Part shown: piece after piece, positions 24,530 through 37,045 of the stretch
Layout: the number at the start of each line of letters is the position of its first letter
Numbering within the stretch: position 1 is the first letter of the stretch
Source of the DNA: Podarcis tiliguerta
Lineage: Eukaryota
Strand: one strand, 5' to 3'
DNA: 64,000 nt
Assembly (NCBI GenBank): GCA_965153285.1
Contig: OZ229118.1
Translations under genes and position numbers: made by a program
Notes under the pieces: model-generated
What the model was told of the DNA's origin: nothing
The model's database searches: none
What the model saw: only the letters and a program-made list of their open reading frames with translations

Positions 24530-26945
24530 TACCATCTTAGGGGGACGTAGAGGGTGGAGACCTTTAGTTCTGGCACCCACTCAATGGAAGCAAGTTCAGC
24601 TGGTAGGCAGTGCTGAGCTGTAAGCCATGTTCTGGAATAAAGAATTAAGATACACTACTGAACTCCACGTATTGTGTGCTGAGCTGTGTCATCGGAGCCA
24701 GTAGTGACAGTGGCCCAGCAAAAACACCAAAGCTGCTAGGGTATAAGCTGTCTGGAATGGCATGCCTGTCATTTTTCTGAGTCAAGGGAGTGAAGAATAA
24801 ATATGCCCTGAGATCAAATAAACTGTCTTTATCATGAGACAGTAAACTCTATCATGGGTAAGTAAACAAGTACAAAAATATATTGAGTTGGGAATAAAGA
24901 TTGTATACAGGAAGTTGGGATGCTCAAAGTCTTTTAATCTAAGCCTTCATTCCTGCAACTTCTTCATCATGAATCTGATCTTTGATAGCCCACAGCAATA
25001 TCCTGCCTATGAAAGACTTTAAAGTGCCAAATGTTCCCATATGCCAAAAATTGAAATTAGAAATGAACACGCCAGCTGCCCTAAATCTATACAGACTTTA
25101 TGTAGTGTTGCCCAATCAAAGCATTACATTTCAGGTAATCAGCTGGCATAGTGGAGCAGAAAACCAGAAGCTGGAACATTTGGGGTTACTCCTAAGGGTG
25201 CAGTTACAGTTTAACACCACGAACGCATCTCTGAATAGCAGGAGAGATGTTCAACAGCATACAGGAGCATTGCAAAGTAACCCTCTCCTTTAACATTTTC
25301 CTTTCTTTATCTAGCGGTTTTGTTATTGTTGACACTACAAGTTTTTCCTTGTCTGTAAAAAAGCAACTTACAAAATAAATGCGTAATTCCAATTCATATC
25401 ATATGTGAATTTGTAGTAAATATTCCATATAAATTACATCCCTTCTTTTCTATTCATTCAATCTGTGTCTGAAGGTACAGCTCACTCAGATTGCAAGAGA
25501 CATGCCCAAGGTGGCAAACAGATCTGCAGGTGGTCTCCTGACTCAGATCAGGGCCGTGGCAAGAAGCGGAGTGGGGCTTAACCCTCCTCCCATGCCATTT
25601 TTACAGTTGAAGCAATCACCTAATAATGCCCTGAAGGAAGAAAGCATACTGGTACCTCTATGCTTACCCCCATGGGGCAAATAGCAATTTTAGGATGGTT
25701 TTAACTGTAGAAACAAAACAACATCAAGCCCCAAATCAACCCCCTCCCCATCTCCTGCAGCTGGCTGCTTTTAACTATTTTAAGTTTATGGCATACTGAA
25801 ATCATAGGTGAAGGAAAAAATATTTTTCAATAAACCTTAAAGCTGAATCTACAACTGAGTTAAGATTAGTACCTGCAATTTCAAGTTGATTTGGGCAGGC
25901 TGAGTGAAACCAGTTGGAATCAACGAACTATTTGCTTTCATTGTGATAGATTCCAAAGGGACCCCCATAATTTTAGGTGACCACAAAGGATTGAGCACCC
26001 ATAACTGTAAACTGATTTTTAATCTTGGCCTTTTAAAAACTTGCCTATGAGGTGGCATGATTTTGGAAAGGAATCAAAGCACTACAGGGTGTATTCAGAC
26101 TGCCCAATACACACAATTCTCTGAATCATATTTATTACATCTATTCTTGATCATTTTGATTGCCAGTTTATTTCCTTTTTTCAGTCCAACTAAGTAAAAC
26201 AGTATAACTCTCCACTTCTCGATCACTCTCTGTATCTTTAATACAGCTGGCTTTAAGGCCTACTTCAGCACCATGGCAGTAAAACAATAAATGCTCCTGA
26301 AATTCTCTCATCAGCTTGAATTCTGGTGAGCTCCATAGGCTTCTGTGATGACAACTTTAGCTTTCCCATTAGATTTGATGCTTAGGTATTTCACTGTCAT
26401 TTCAAAGTCTTTGGAAAGCCTGAAAAGAACACTTTCTTCCCTTATCAAGTGCTGTTCCAATAAATGCAGCATTAAATACCTTGGTTTAATAGTAATAATA
26501 AAAACAAATCCACACTCACTTTTTTGCAGTCAGTGTATTTTGCTCTTGCTTTCTTTCTTTTGTCTCATCTCCAAATAAGAAAAGCAAAGAGAAATAAGCT
26601 TTCCAAATTTTTTTACCCCTCCTTCTTTATCTACCTAAGCAGATCTCCATGCATCACTTCCATGTATTACTTTCCGGATGAGGCATGGCAGGACTAAATG
26701 AGACATTGCTCCAAATGCATGCACTATCTGCACCATATTGCTTTCAATTGAATGTGCACTTTGACATGCATCCCACTAAAAGTAATGCAGCACAGAATGA
26801 CAACATGTGCACTCAAACAGATATTCAGTGCACTCCATGGTCCTTTAAATGCAGACCTTCCAAGTGTCCGTATTTTCCAGGGACACTTATTTAGAGAAGC
26901 CATCCCAGTTTCTGATTTGATCCCAGAATGTCCGACTTTTCCTTC

Positions 26946-27401
26946 TTGTTGTTGTTTAATCGTTTAGTCATGTCCGACTCTTCGTGACCCCATGGACCGG
27001 AGCATGCCAGGCACTCCTGTCTTCCACTACCTCCCACAGTTTGGTCAAACTCATGTTCATAGCTTCGAGAACACTATCCAACCATCTCGTCATCTGTCGT
27101 CCCCTTCTCCTTGTGCCCTCCATCTTTCCCAACATCAGGGTCTTTTCCAGGGAATCTTCTCTTCTCATGAGGTGGCCAAAGTATTGGAGCCTCAGCTTCA
27201 GGATCTGTCCTTCCAGTGAGCACTCAGGGCTGATTTCCTTAAGAATGGATAGGTTTGATCTTCTTGCAGGCCATGGGACTCTCAAAAGTCTCCTCCAGCA
27301 CCATAATTCAAAAGCATCAATTCTTTGGCAATCTGCCTTCTTTGTGGTCCAGCTCTCACTTCCATACATCACTACTGGGAAAACCACAGCTTTAACTGTA
27401 C
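26946..27401 (-). mobile_element. Bov-B (RTE clade) LINE 3' fragment
   Basis: ORF 26968..27423 VKAVVFPVVMYGSESWT..IDAFELWCWRRLLRVPW..LEGQILKLRLQYFGHLMRR..HGVTKSRT is the Bov-B C-terminus. (CAA)n tail present. Confidence 0.95.
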
Positions 27402-27545
27402 GCCTACGCCATCCATTCACCAACTCTTGTCATGCTAATTCACATGCTAATTCACAGTGCCATCTGTGGCCACCCAGCATGGTGAAATTTAGTACAAATA
27501 TACAAAGTATACATATGTATTTCACACATACATATGATATGTATG

Positions 27546-27547
<2 letters not shown>

Positions 27548-27586
<39 letters not shown>
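27548..27586. repeat. (TA)n microsatellite
   Basis: Pure TA run. Confidence 0.95.
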
Positions 27587-27593
<7 letters not shown>

Positions 27594-27602
27594 CCTCCCA
27601 CA

Positions 27603-27790
27603 CACGGCTAAACATTAGGAATGACTTTCTGATTGATAGCCACTGTTTGACATTGGAACAGACTACCCTGGAAGTTGCTGGACCTTCACTGGAGGTTTTT
27701 ACATGGAAGTTGGATGGCCAACGGTCAGTTATTGCTGCACAGCAGAGGGTTGGACTGGATGACCCTTGGGGTCACTTCCTATTCTACAGG
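27603..27790 (+). mobile_element. CR1 LINE 3' end, decayed
   Basis: RLNIRNDF..WNRLP..PSLEVF pattern across frames, then GGGTTGGACTGGATGACC..ATTCTAC tail. Confidence 0.7.
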
Positions 27791-29302
27791 TCCATCCTTT
27801 ATTCATTCCTTTTCTATATGTGGGGATTTACTTGGAGAGGGTATGAAGAAATCATGTGCCCACACTGGTAATCTGAAGTGGTACAGCCCTGACACACAAG
27901 TTAAGCAACTCATCTGCCATTTTGTTTTTGGCAGATCTTAAGAGAATCAGAAGGATTTATCTAAGTTTGTAAATCACTAGATAAAATGACACAAGTTCTG
28001 AAATTTGTCTCCTCTGCTGCCTGCCTCTACCAATGCCTCCCCTACAAACAATTTTCTCCATGAATGATCCAATCCATGGAAAAGAGCCACAGGAAGCAAG
28101 TCCACTGAATGGATTTCCTCCAGTCTGACCCTTGTCTGATTTAGGGAACTGAAGTATTTTGAGGTGCCTGCTCCATTTCCTGGTTTTTAGCACCAGCTGT
28201 AAATGATTCTGCTTTGCTAAAAGGGACATCCTATCTAAGATTTCTTGAAGCAATTAGGAGTAAAATAAGAGCCTAAGATTGATGCTTTTGGTTTTCAGAA
28301 GACTAAGATGGAAAGACAAAAAAGTAAAATAATTGAAACCCCTAACTGATAATAATGCCATAGAATTTGCAATGCAACTGAAACAGATGGCCCTAGTTTT
28401 TAGAGCTTTATCTGGAATCTTGATGAAAGATAATCCATCATAAAACTGAAATGTTGAATGGTTCTTTGTAAAACCCTGATACGAGAGTGCTGGGACTTGT
28501 AGATAGTTGCATCTATTGACCTGAACTCATACTCCCTTTACTTTAAACTCACATTTACTTATTTTTTTCCTGCTTTTTGGAAGGACATGACAGGCAGCTT
28601 CTGTTATTTTCTGTTTCAATGCAATTGCTGTTCAAGAGCTTTCAGGAAATCCATCCCATACAACTCTCCAATTTAGTGCCCTGACCTGTATCCATATAAA
28701 ATAATCCTCTTCTACAAAAATAGGTCTGTTGTCTAAGTCTAAGTCAGCAAGCTACTGCTTTATGTGCACACAAATTTCTTATATTAAGTCAATACCCATG
28801 AAATGTCACAGATCTGGCGCATCATCCCAGCAGCTCACTGGAAAAGGGGTTAAGGACAAGTCTATTATTGACAGCATTCCCTAATAATAATAATAATAAT
28901 ATTTATACCCCACCCATCTGGCTGGGTTTCCCCTTTCTGACTGAAGAACAGTAATTACAACATACCAGGCTGTGTTCAACATGCTGGTACTGATATACCC
29001 TAGGCAACTTGGGACAAAGATACCTAAAACATTGTCTCATCCTTTATATACCCAACCAATCACCACCTTCTGCAGGAGAGGATATCCTGTAGATATCATC
29101 CTATCAGGAAACCCATTCCTCACAATGTCATAATAGGGCCTTTTGGGAATGGACTAGATCTGTTCTGAGGTTCCTTCCAACTTCTTAACTGCATGATAAA
29201 CTGCCTGGACTAAGAAAGATAAGAAATAGATTCAAGTCCAAAAAAGAAGCAAAGATGGGACGATGGTCAAATTGATTTTTTGCCAGGCTTGTTGGTCTAG
29301 AA

Positions 29303-29647
29303 TAGGGATGTCCAACTTCTAAGAGACTGCGATCAACTCACAGAATAAAAAACTGGCAGTGACCTACCCCTTTGGGGAGGGCGGAGGGTTGGGGGAAAGT
29401 TGTTGAGCTCTTTTTAGGGAGAAAGGGGTAAACCAAAAGATTGCTAGGGGAACAATCAGCCTCATAGCAAAAACACCGTCTTCCATCCATTCTAGAGATC
29501 ATGCAATAATGGAGGTCCAGGTGAAGGGGGCAAGGCCGGATGCTCTTTTGCTGCCATTAACAAAAGGAAGCCAGAGATCGACCATAATCTACCAAAACGT
29601 CCCGGGAATCTACCACTAGATCAGGATTGACCTGTTGGACATCCCTG
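29303..29647. mobile_element. hAT MITE
   Basis: TIR (T/C)AGGGATGTCCAAC / GTTGGACATCCCTG. Perfect 8-bp TSD GTCTAGAA (29295-29302, 29648-29655). Confidence 0.92.
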
Positions 29648-29665
29648 GTCTAGAAAGTTAGTAAT

Positions 29666-29800
29666 CATGGAAGTGTGGAGTTTGAAGGGACCCTGAAAGT
29701 CATCTAGTTCAACCCCCTGCAATGCAGGAATCTCAACTAAAGCATCCTTGAGAGATGCCCATCCAACTTTTGCTTAAAAACTTCCAGTGAATGAGAGTCC
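29666..29800 (-). mobile_element. CR1 LINE 3' end
   Basis: GAAGGGACCCTG..GTCATCTAGTTCAACCCCCTGC..CCATCCAAC..TGCTTAAAAACTTCCAGTGA is the reverse complement of a CR1 tail. Confidence 0.7.
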
Positions 29801-30473
29801 TTTGAGAAGGAACTAAAGACTATGTGGTAGAGCATATGATCTACAAGCAGAAGGTCCTACCACCTGAATTTAAAGTAGAATGAGGTAGTAGAAGATGCTT
29901 GAGCTTCTGCAGAGAATATTGGGGCTACATAGACCTGGCATAAGGCAGCATCTTAGGAAAACATTGGGAAAACAGAATAAACTGCAGTGTGAATGCAGCC
30001 TGGTAGTACCTTAGAAAGGAGGGCAGTTTGACTGGGGAAAAGGCACAGGGAAAAGGGTTAAACGATATCTCCTCTGGAGTTCATGTTCCACTGAAAATGG
30101 GAACCCCCTGCAGCTGCTTTAAAGCAAAATAAAATAAAATCAAAATAAATCTGGAAATCTGATCCCAACTGACTAACCCTGTGGAATGCCTTAATGTGGT
30201 ATCTGTGCAGGATGTGCCAGGGTCACTGTCATGCAATAGATTAAACCTGCAGATCTAGTATGTACAGCACACATAATTTAACAAAAATAGAGTTAGAGAT
30301 CAAACATTCATGTCTGAGTATAAAACATTCAGTCTTTCATTTTATAGTTCACTTTACAAAAGAGAGATAAAGTGTTCAACTGCAAACACCCTGTGCAGCT
30401 GCAATAAAAGTTTGTAATTAATAAATTACATTCATTTCCTTCACTACGGTGCCTTTTTTTATTCAACAGTTGT

Positions 30474-30478
<5 letters not shown>

Positions 30479-30507
<29 letters not shown>
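30479..30507. repeat. (GT)n microsatellite
   Basis: Pure GT run. Confidence 0.95.
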
Positions 30508-30511
<4 letters not shown>

Positions 30512-30522
30512 GGCTTTTTCTA

Positions 30523-31693
30523 ATTAGATTAGATTAGATTAGATTAGATTAGAATTAGAATTAATTAGAAATTTATTTGTCATTGTCCGTATATACACAG
30601 TATACACAACAACGAAAATCAAACACCCACCCAAAGACCGGGTTCACATACACATTTGCACGTACCTCCAACACTCTCATCCATTCAGACATAATCTATA
30701 AAACATACATAATCCAGAATATAACATGACCTATTAAAGGCATAACATAACCTAAACCCTATCTCATTCCTTCCTACTCCCTGCTTGCTATTTCTTACAA
30801 CTGGCCCTGAGATCATTATTTAGTGCAATCAGAGCTCTTGGATAGAAACTATTCAGAAGGCGTGTGGTTCGTGTTTTCATTGTCCTATATCTTCTGCCCG
30901 AAGGCAACAGTTCAAAGAAGTTGTGAGCAGGATGGGTGGGATCTCTCAGGATATTGTGTGACTTCTTCAAAGTGCGAGACGTGAAGATCTCATCCAGGGT
31001 TGGTAGCTGGAGCCCAATAACATTCTGGGCAATTTTAGTTATTCTCAGTAAAGCTTTTTTATCCGTTTCAGAGCTGCTTCCATACCACGATAATATACTA
31101 TAGGTTAAGACACTCTCAATGGTACTGTGATAATAGGACAGGAGTAGGTGCTGAGATAGATTCAGTCCCCTGAGCATTCTCAGGAAATACAACCTCCCCT
31201 GCACCTTCCTCACAACCATGTTAATATTTGCAGTCCATGAGAGGTCCTCAGAGATATAAATGCCCAGGTATTTAAAACTACCAACCCTCTCCACCTCCTC
31301 GCCATTTATGTGCAATGGTAAAATTACACTTTTCTTTCTCCTAAAATCAACTATGAGTTCTTTGGTTTTTTTGGTGTTAAGCATAAGATTGTTTTCTTTA
31401 CACCATTGAATTAACCCCTGTACTTCTTTCCTATAAGCAGTCTCATCGTTCTCACTAATGAGCCCCACCACTGTTGTATCATCCGCAAATTTGATGATTG
31501 TGTTGGACTTATACAGTGGGGTGCAATCAGATGTGTATAGGGAATAGAGAAAGGGACTTAGCACACATCCCTGAGGAGCTCCTGTGCCTAATACCAGAGT
31601 AGAAGAATAGTAAGGTCCCATTCTCACTGTCTGCGGCCTGTCAGTCAGGAAATTCCTTACCCACAGACAGATCTTCTGATGTATACCCAGGGT
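30523..31693 (-). mobile_element. Rex1/Babar-clade non-LTR retrotransposon, 5'-truncated, with intact RT C-terminal ORF (30788..31627)
   Basis: GAPQGCVLSPFLYSLYT, IIKFADDTTVVGLISENDETAYR, KTKELIVDFRR and HNFFELLPSGRRYR..RLLNSFYPRA motifs. The frame stays open upstream to ~31693 (LGIHQKICLWVRNFLTDRPQTVR). (CTAAT)n tandem tail at 30523-30570. Confidence 0.92.
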
Positions 31694-33054
31694 CTACCAG
31701 AACTGCTAAGAATTCCAAGCATCATTTGAAAATGCTGCTCTACTGTGTTTTGTTTGCATGACTGGCATACTCTTCATTGCACAAAACAACTCCAAAATGC
31801 CTATAAAAGTATTTATCAATTAGAATCTTTGTGTGTGTCTACCAAAGAAAGAGAGAGAGAGAAAGAGAGAGAAAGAGAAAGAGCAAGCATCAAACACACA
31901 TTATGAGAGGTCTTGGGTTGTCTGGGAAATATTATAGTATGATGTCAGCTCTCTGAACTATAGTTTCTTTATTTGGTTTACTGCATTTTTTAAAAAAGAT
32001 TGACTGATTTGGGCCCCAGCAGACCCCTCTTCATGAACTTTAAGGCTCCTTGAGAATAAACAGTCCTCCAGCTCCCATTAGGTACTTGTATAAGCCATTT
32101 ATTTTACACTGAAGAGACATTCAGAAATGACAGCGCAAAACAGATATTTAAAAAACAAAAGGCGTTCATTTGAGACAAACAGGTTGTGTGCAAAGGCCAT
32201 TCACTAGGCACATTCACTGTGGCTTTTGCAGTGGAATGCAAGAGAGGGGGGATTTACCACAGACTCTTAATTACATTAAACAAACTGAACTAGCTCAGTC
32301 AGTGCATCATGTTTAATAGCACTCCATCGGGTATACAAGTAGTATGTTTGACTAAAGGTTTTGTTCAACAGTCTTGAGAAAGAGCTATGCAGGGCAAGGC
32401 GTTCTAGCTGGTTATTTTCTACTCATTATTTATTAGGGCAGCAGAGGGGACAGTGCTTTAAAAAGCATGATTTAAATTTAAAGTCTGAAATGTATAAAGA
32501 ATGCACATTGCCTACTTTATTGACAAAAAACCCCCACATTCTATGTTTTCTTGAATTATTAAGAAGTAACCCTGGCTCCAAATCATCTTTGTTCACCTCT
32601 TTTACTAGGCTACTTAATGACCCATTGGGCTCTCCAATAACATATGCAGTGTTTACACCCTACTTAACATAACGTATCCCCCTAAAAGACAATAGGATGC
32701 CACTTTTCAGCTGGTGAACAAATGTTTGCCAAGATTACAGCGCAGGAACGCGTCAGCCAAGTCAGCCAGTTTTAAAGCACATACTTTCCACCATTAAATA
32801 TTCGCATTATAATATTTTTACATACCACCCCAATCTCTGAGCAGTGAGAGATTCCATGGGTTCTAGCACTTACCCCCAGGGTTCAGTTTCCCTGGAATGA
32901 AGGTCAGTGGAGACTGTGGTGTCTTTAGGATATATAGCTTATTTACACCCTGATAAATAATTTGTACCCTGAGCCAGGGCCAGCCCTGTGGGCATCCCAC
33001 CTATACCCATTAATCCCACCCATTCATGAATAGAAATACTCCTATTTTTATCTT

Positions 33055-33620
33055 AATAATAAACAATAATAATTTTATTATTTAAATGCCATCCATCTGG
33101 TTGCCCCAGCCACTCTGGACGTCTTCCAGTAAAATATTAAAAAACACAATAAAACATCAAACATTGAAAACTTCCCTATACAGGGCTGGCTCCAGAAGTC
33201 TTCTAAAAGTCATATATCGTATTTTCCCGTGTATTAGATGAGGTTTTTTGACTCAAAATTCATGTCAAAAACTGGGATCGTCCTATACACGGATAGTGGC
33301 ATGGGGGGAGAAGCGGCGCACCCGCCAGCCAGCTGGTTGGTGGTTGGTGGGAATGCAACTTCCTCTGATGCCGCTGCGCACGGGAAACAATCTAGGGAGT
33401 GTTTGCTGCCCGCAGCTGCATGGGGGGGGGGGGAGAAGCTCAAGAACTTTCTCAAGAACCATCTCCCCTCATTTTCTTAAAATTGAGTCCCCAAAAATAG
33501 GGGGGGAGGTCTTATACTTGGGAGAATCTTACAGATTGAAAAATACGGTAGCTGATTATCTGTTCGACATTTGATGGAAGGGCATTACTGAGAAGCTGCC
33601 ATTACTGAGAAGGCACTGTG
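33055..33620 (-). mobile_element. L2-type LINE 3' end, split by a DNA transposon
   Basis: 33055-33214 and 33551-33620 are collinear with the L2 3' end at 53374-53610. Confidence 0.7.
33217..33548. mobile_element. Tc1/mariner (pogo/Tigger-like) non-autonomous element nested in L2
   Basis: TA|(T/C)CGTATTTT ... AAAATACGG|TA termini. Confidence 0.8.
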
Positions 33621-33849
33621 AAATGTTGAAAGAAAAGTGCTAGCAGGCATAATCTAGAAGTGGGTGGCTTGCCTGGCACCTTCATTGCATATCTTCAAGC
33701 ACCAGGCAAATACATTCTTCTTCTCCCAAGCTAATTAAACATGCTATGTATTTTGTGCTTTTATACTGTAAATTGTCAAAATCTTTGAAAGTCAATAAAA
33801 ATTAATTGGCAAAAAAGGGGGATCAATCAGCCTCTGAGGGCAGACCACC

Positions 33850-34055
33850 CTAATAGGTCCCCTACCTCTGTGGAGTGGAAAAGGTGCTGTAAGCCTAAAT
33901 CACAACAGGAAGTGATCTGACCATGACAAGGGACTGATGTCAGTATCCTCCACTTTCAGATCACCCTCTTTCTGCCCAGTTGAGAAAACAAGCTGCAGGG
34001 TATGGCCTACCACATGTGTTGGACCAGGGACATGTTGGGACTTCCCCCTGGTTAA
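33850..34055 (-). pseudogene. L2-type LINE APE endonuclease fragment
   Basis: ORF 33900..34082 SQHVPGPTHVVGHTLQLVF...PLSWSDHFLL matches the APE motifs PTH..GHTLDL and SDH. Confidence 0.8.
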
Positions 34056-34446
34056 CAGAGGGGCTGGCACACGGCACAGCAACTAACTGCCTGTGCTGTG
34101 TGCCCCTTACCCAACCTGCCCCACCTCCCACACTATACACCCCCCTACCCTGAACCACTGTGATTGTCACTTTGCCCTGCTCTCTCCAGCTCCTCTTATC
34201 CCAGGTACACCCCATGCCCTTCCATTCAAAAACAATGAAAACTCCAAATAAAAAAAGTAAAAAACCAGTTAAAAACAATATTAAACAATTTAAACACTGG
34301 GGCAAAGATAACAGAAACAAAAGTCGCTGTGCAATACCCCAACCCAAAATCTGTTCAGCTGCTTCAGCTTTTGTATATAGAGAAAATTGGGACCCCCACC
34401 CTCCTACGCCAGGTGGAAAAGGCATGCAAAACTTAAACAAAATCTG

Positions 34447-34860
34447 GAAGCAGCTATAAATGAGTTAAAGTTAATAGATGTTACTGGACTACAATTCCTG
34501 ATAGTTCTAAAGAACTTTAGAACTGGTGCATTAGCATAAAGAAGAAACTGGTGCATAAAGAAGAAAATATCTCATGGAAAGAAGCAAAAGTAACATAGAT
34601 CCATATCCTTATTAAAGGATGATCACAAGGTCCTGGTAACAATTATGTCAAATAGACTAAATAATATTTTAAGATACTATATCAATGAAAAACAAAAATG
34701 ATTTATTAAAATTAGATCATTTTAAAACCATATTCAAGAAGTAAGCAACATTATTGATAAGGTAAATAAGACAATTTAACTGCATTTCATAGCTGCTGAA
34801 AAAGCATTTGATTGTATAGAATAGGGCTTCTTAATTACTGGATTACAGAAATTCCAATGT
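34447..34860 (+). pseudogene. Decayed L1 RT fragment inside local duplication copy 1
   Basis: Translates ..ISLLKDDHKVLVTIMSNRLNNILRYYINEKQK*FIKIRSF*NHIQEVSNIIDK..AEKAFDCIE (cf. RPISLLNxDYKI..ANRL..Q.GFI..R..DAEKAFD). Confidence 0.8.
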
Positions 34861-35826
34861 GGAAATTTGCTGTCAATACAGACACCTGCAGTTCATGATT
34901 CTCTTATGGCAGTATTTAGAAATTTCAACTTACAGGCTCTTGAACAATGGCCTGCCAGTTCATTTTGGGCTAACCACAACCACCTTTCCTGGACTGAAAA
35001 GTCCAAGCTACAGCTAAAGAAAGGCAAACTGGGGAACAAACAGGATGTGCTCTTAAAGCATAATCAAGATTCTTCCTTTGCAGCTAAAAGTTTGTGCTTT
35101 TCAAATTTGGCACCTTTCTCTGCTGTCCTGCAAATTAATTTAAATGATCATATGTAAGTAATTTAAGTCCATTGATTTCAATTGATCTGTCATGAGAATG
35201 CCTAACACTGGATAATACCCAATAAAAACACTGAAAAGGCTGTGTGTAAAGGAATACAGAATTGGACCGTTAATTGCAAACAGTACCACAGTGGAATAAT
35301 GGAAGCAAATACTGTAAGTGATCAAATTTTCTTTTCGTAGCTTTAGCATGTGGTTTATTATTGCTGTAACTAAGACTCTTTGGTAAGATGATGCATTTTA
35401 CCATGGAATGTATAATAAAAACTTACTTCATTTCTCAAACAAATACATAAATAAAAGATGGGCAATTCGACTATTTGCCATCTGTCATGGTACAATGAAA
35501 GAATGAGGACAACAAACAAAAACTCTTTGGGTCTATGCCGACTCTACATTTCTATGATTCTATGAAACATGCTTTATATCATTTCTCTACAGCAATTCAG
35601 CCCCATTTTTAGAATCCAAAGCAGCTCATGGGCACAATATTACACAAGGGACACATAGTTCAGAAACAAGTTTAGCGAGAGAATAAAACTGCTCCCCAAA
35701 TTATCACAACTACTGTAACAATTGGGAAATGTGTATATTAGGCAAGATTCCATGAATAGATATTTACATAAGGATAAATTTATGCTAAAATGCTGATGGA
35801 TTTTTATGAGGAGTTATGGTTTTAGT

Positions 35827-36197
35827 GGGACACAGGTGGCGCTATGGGCTAAACCACAGACCCTAGGGCTTGCCAATCAGAAGGTTGGCAGTTCAAATCC
35901 CCACGATGGGGTGAGATTCTGTTGCTCGGTCCCAGTTCCTGCCAACCTAGGAGTTCAAAAGCACATCAAAGTGCAAGTAGATAAATAGGTACCGCTCCAT
36001 CAGGAAGGTAAATGGCGTTTCCGTGCGCTGCTCTGGTTTTGCCAGAAGCAGCTTAGTCATGCTGGCCACATGACCCGGAAAAACTGTCTTTACACAAACG
36101 TCGGCTCCCTCGGCCAGTAAAGCGAGATGAGCGCTGCAACCCCCAAGTCGTTCACGACTGGACTTAACTGTCAGGGGTCCTTTACCATTACCTTTAC
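35827..36197 (+). mobile_element. Sauria SINE (Squam1), full length
   Basis: GGGACACAGGTGGCGCT head with A/B boxes, typical body and (TTTACC)n tail. Confidence 0.92.
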
Positions 36198-37045
36198 TGT
36201 AACAATTAGTGAGCGATGCTAGTCTGCTCTGCATCAAATCCAGCAAGGAGGTTTATGACACCTTAAAGGCTAACAAAGTGTATTGGAACTACAAATCAAG
36301 GCTTGCAGTTCAAGCAAGGACTTTGAAGAAGATTTTGATGAAAGGAAGAGAGGTGGCATGAAGTAACTGTTCTTGGGAAGAGGCCCAGTTATAAGGGCCA
36401 GTTAAGGGAGAATTGGATAGGTTATTTATTAAGAAACAGGTGTTGGGATGTTACAATGTGTTTTTTCCTTTTTCTTTTGTTAGTCATATTGCAATTACAC
36501 TGATTCATTTAAAGAGCAATAGATACTATTTAACTATCTGAATTCAATATTTTTAAAGATACACGTCAGGTAGTTCTGTTTATCATGGCTCTAAGAAAAA
36601 ATGTAAGCTGAATTCAATAAACAATAATTACACGAAGAACAACACACTGTAAAAATATCCTCTTATGCTGCTAATTGGGTACTTCCAATGTTTCAGTTAT
36701 ACTTATGTCTTGGTCTCAGTTTAGTATGTTTGTACTCTGAGGAACAGCAACAGAAAATAAGTGTTCAGACAGAGTCAAAAGAGCAGCTGGTACCAATGCT
36801 ATGTGAAAAGAATGTTCCAAAAAAAGTTCAAGCATGTTCAATGATATCCATCATGCATCTCCTTCTAAGATTTCAAAGTCATATAGGAAAGTGCTAATTA
36901 CTGCTCTAAGTAAGAGGAAGTCCGCTGTGAGTGGAATTAGAGAAGATACTTGAGTCACCTGACTTCGACTCAACCGCCAGAGATTCAACTTTCAGGTTTG
37001 TCCTGAAAGTCATACGGTTCATTACAGAAAATTAAACAAAAACCA

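Noticed and set aside
26984-27871. 295-aa plus-strand ORF, the longest in the window
   Set aside because: It is antisense to Bov-B and runs through a (TA)n repeat and a CR1 tail, so it is a chance chimera.
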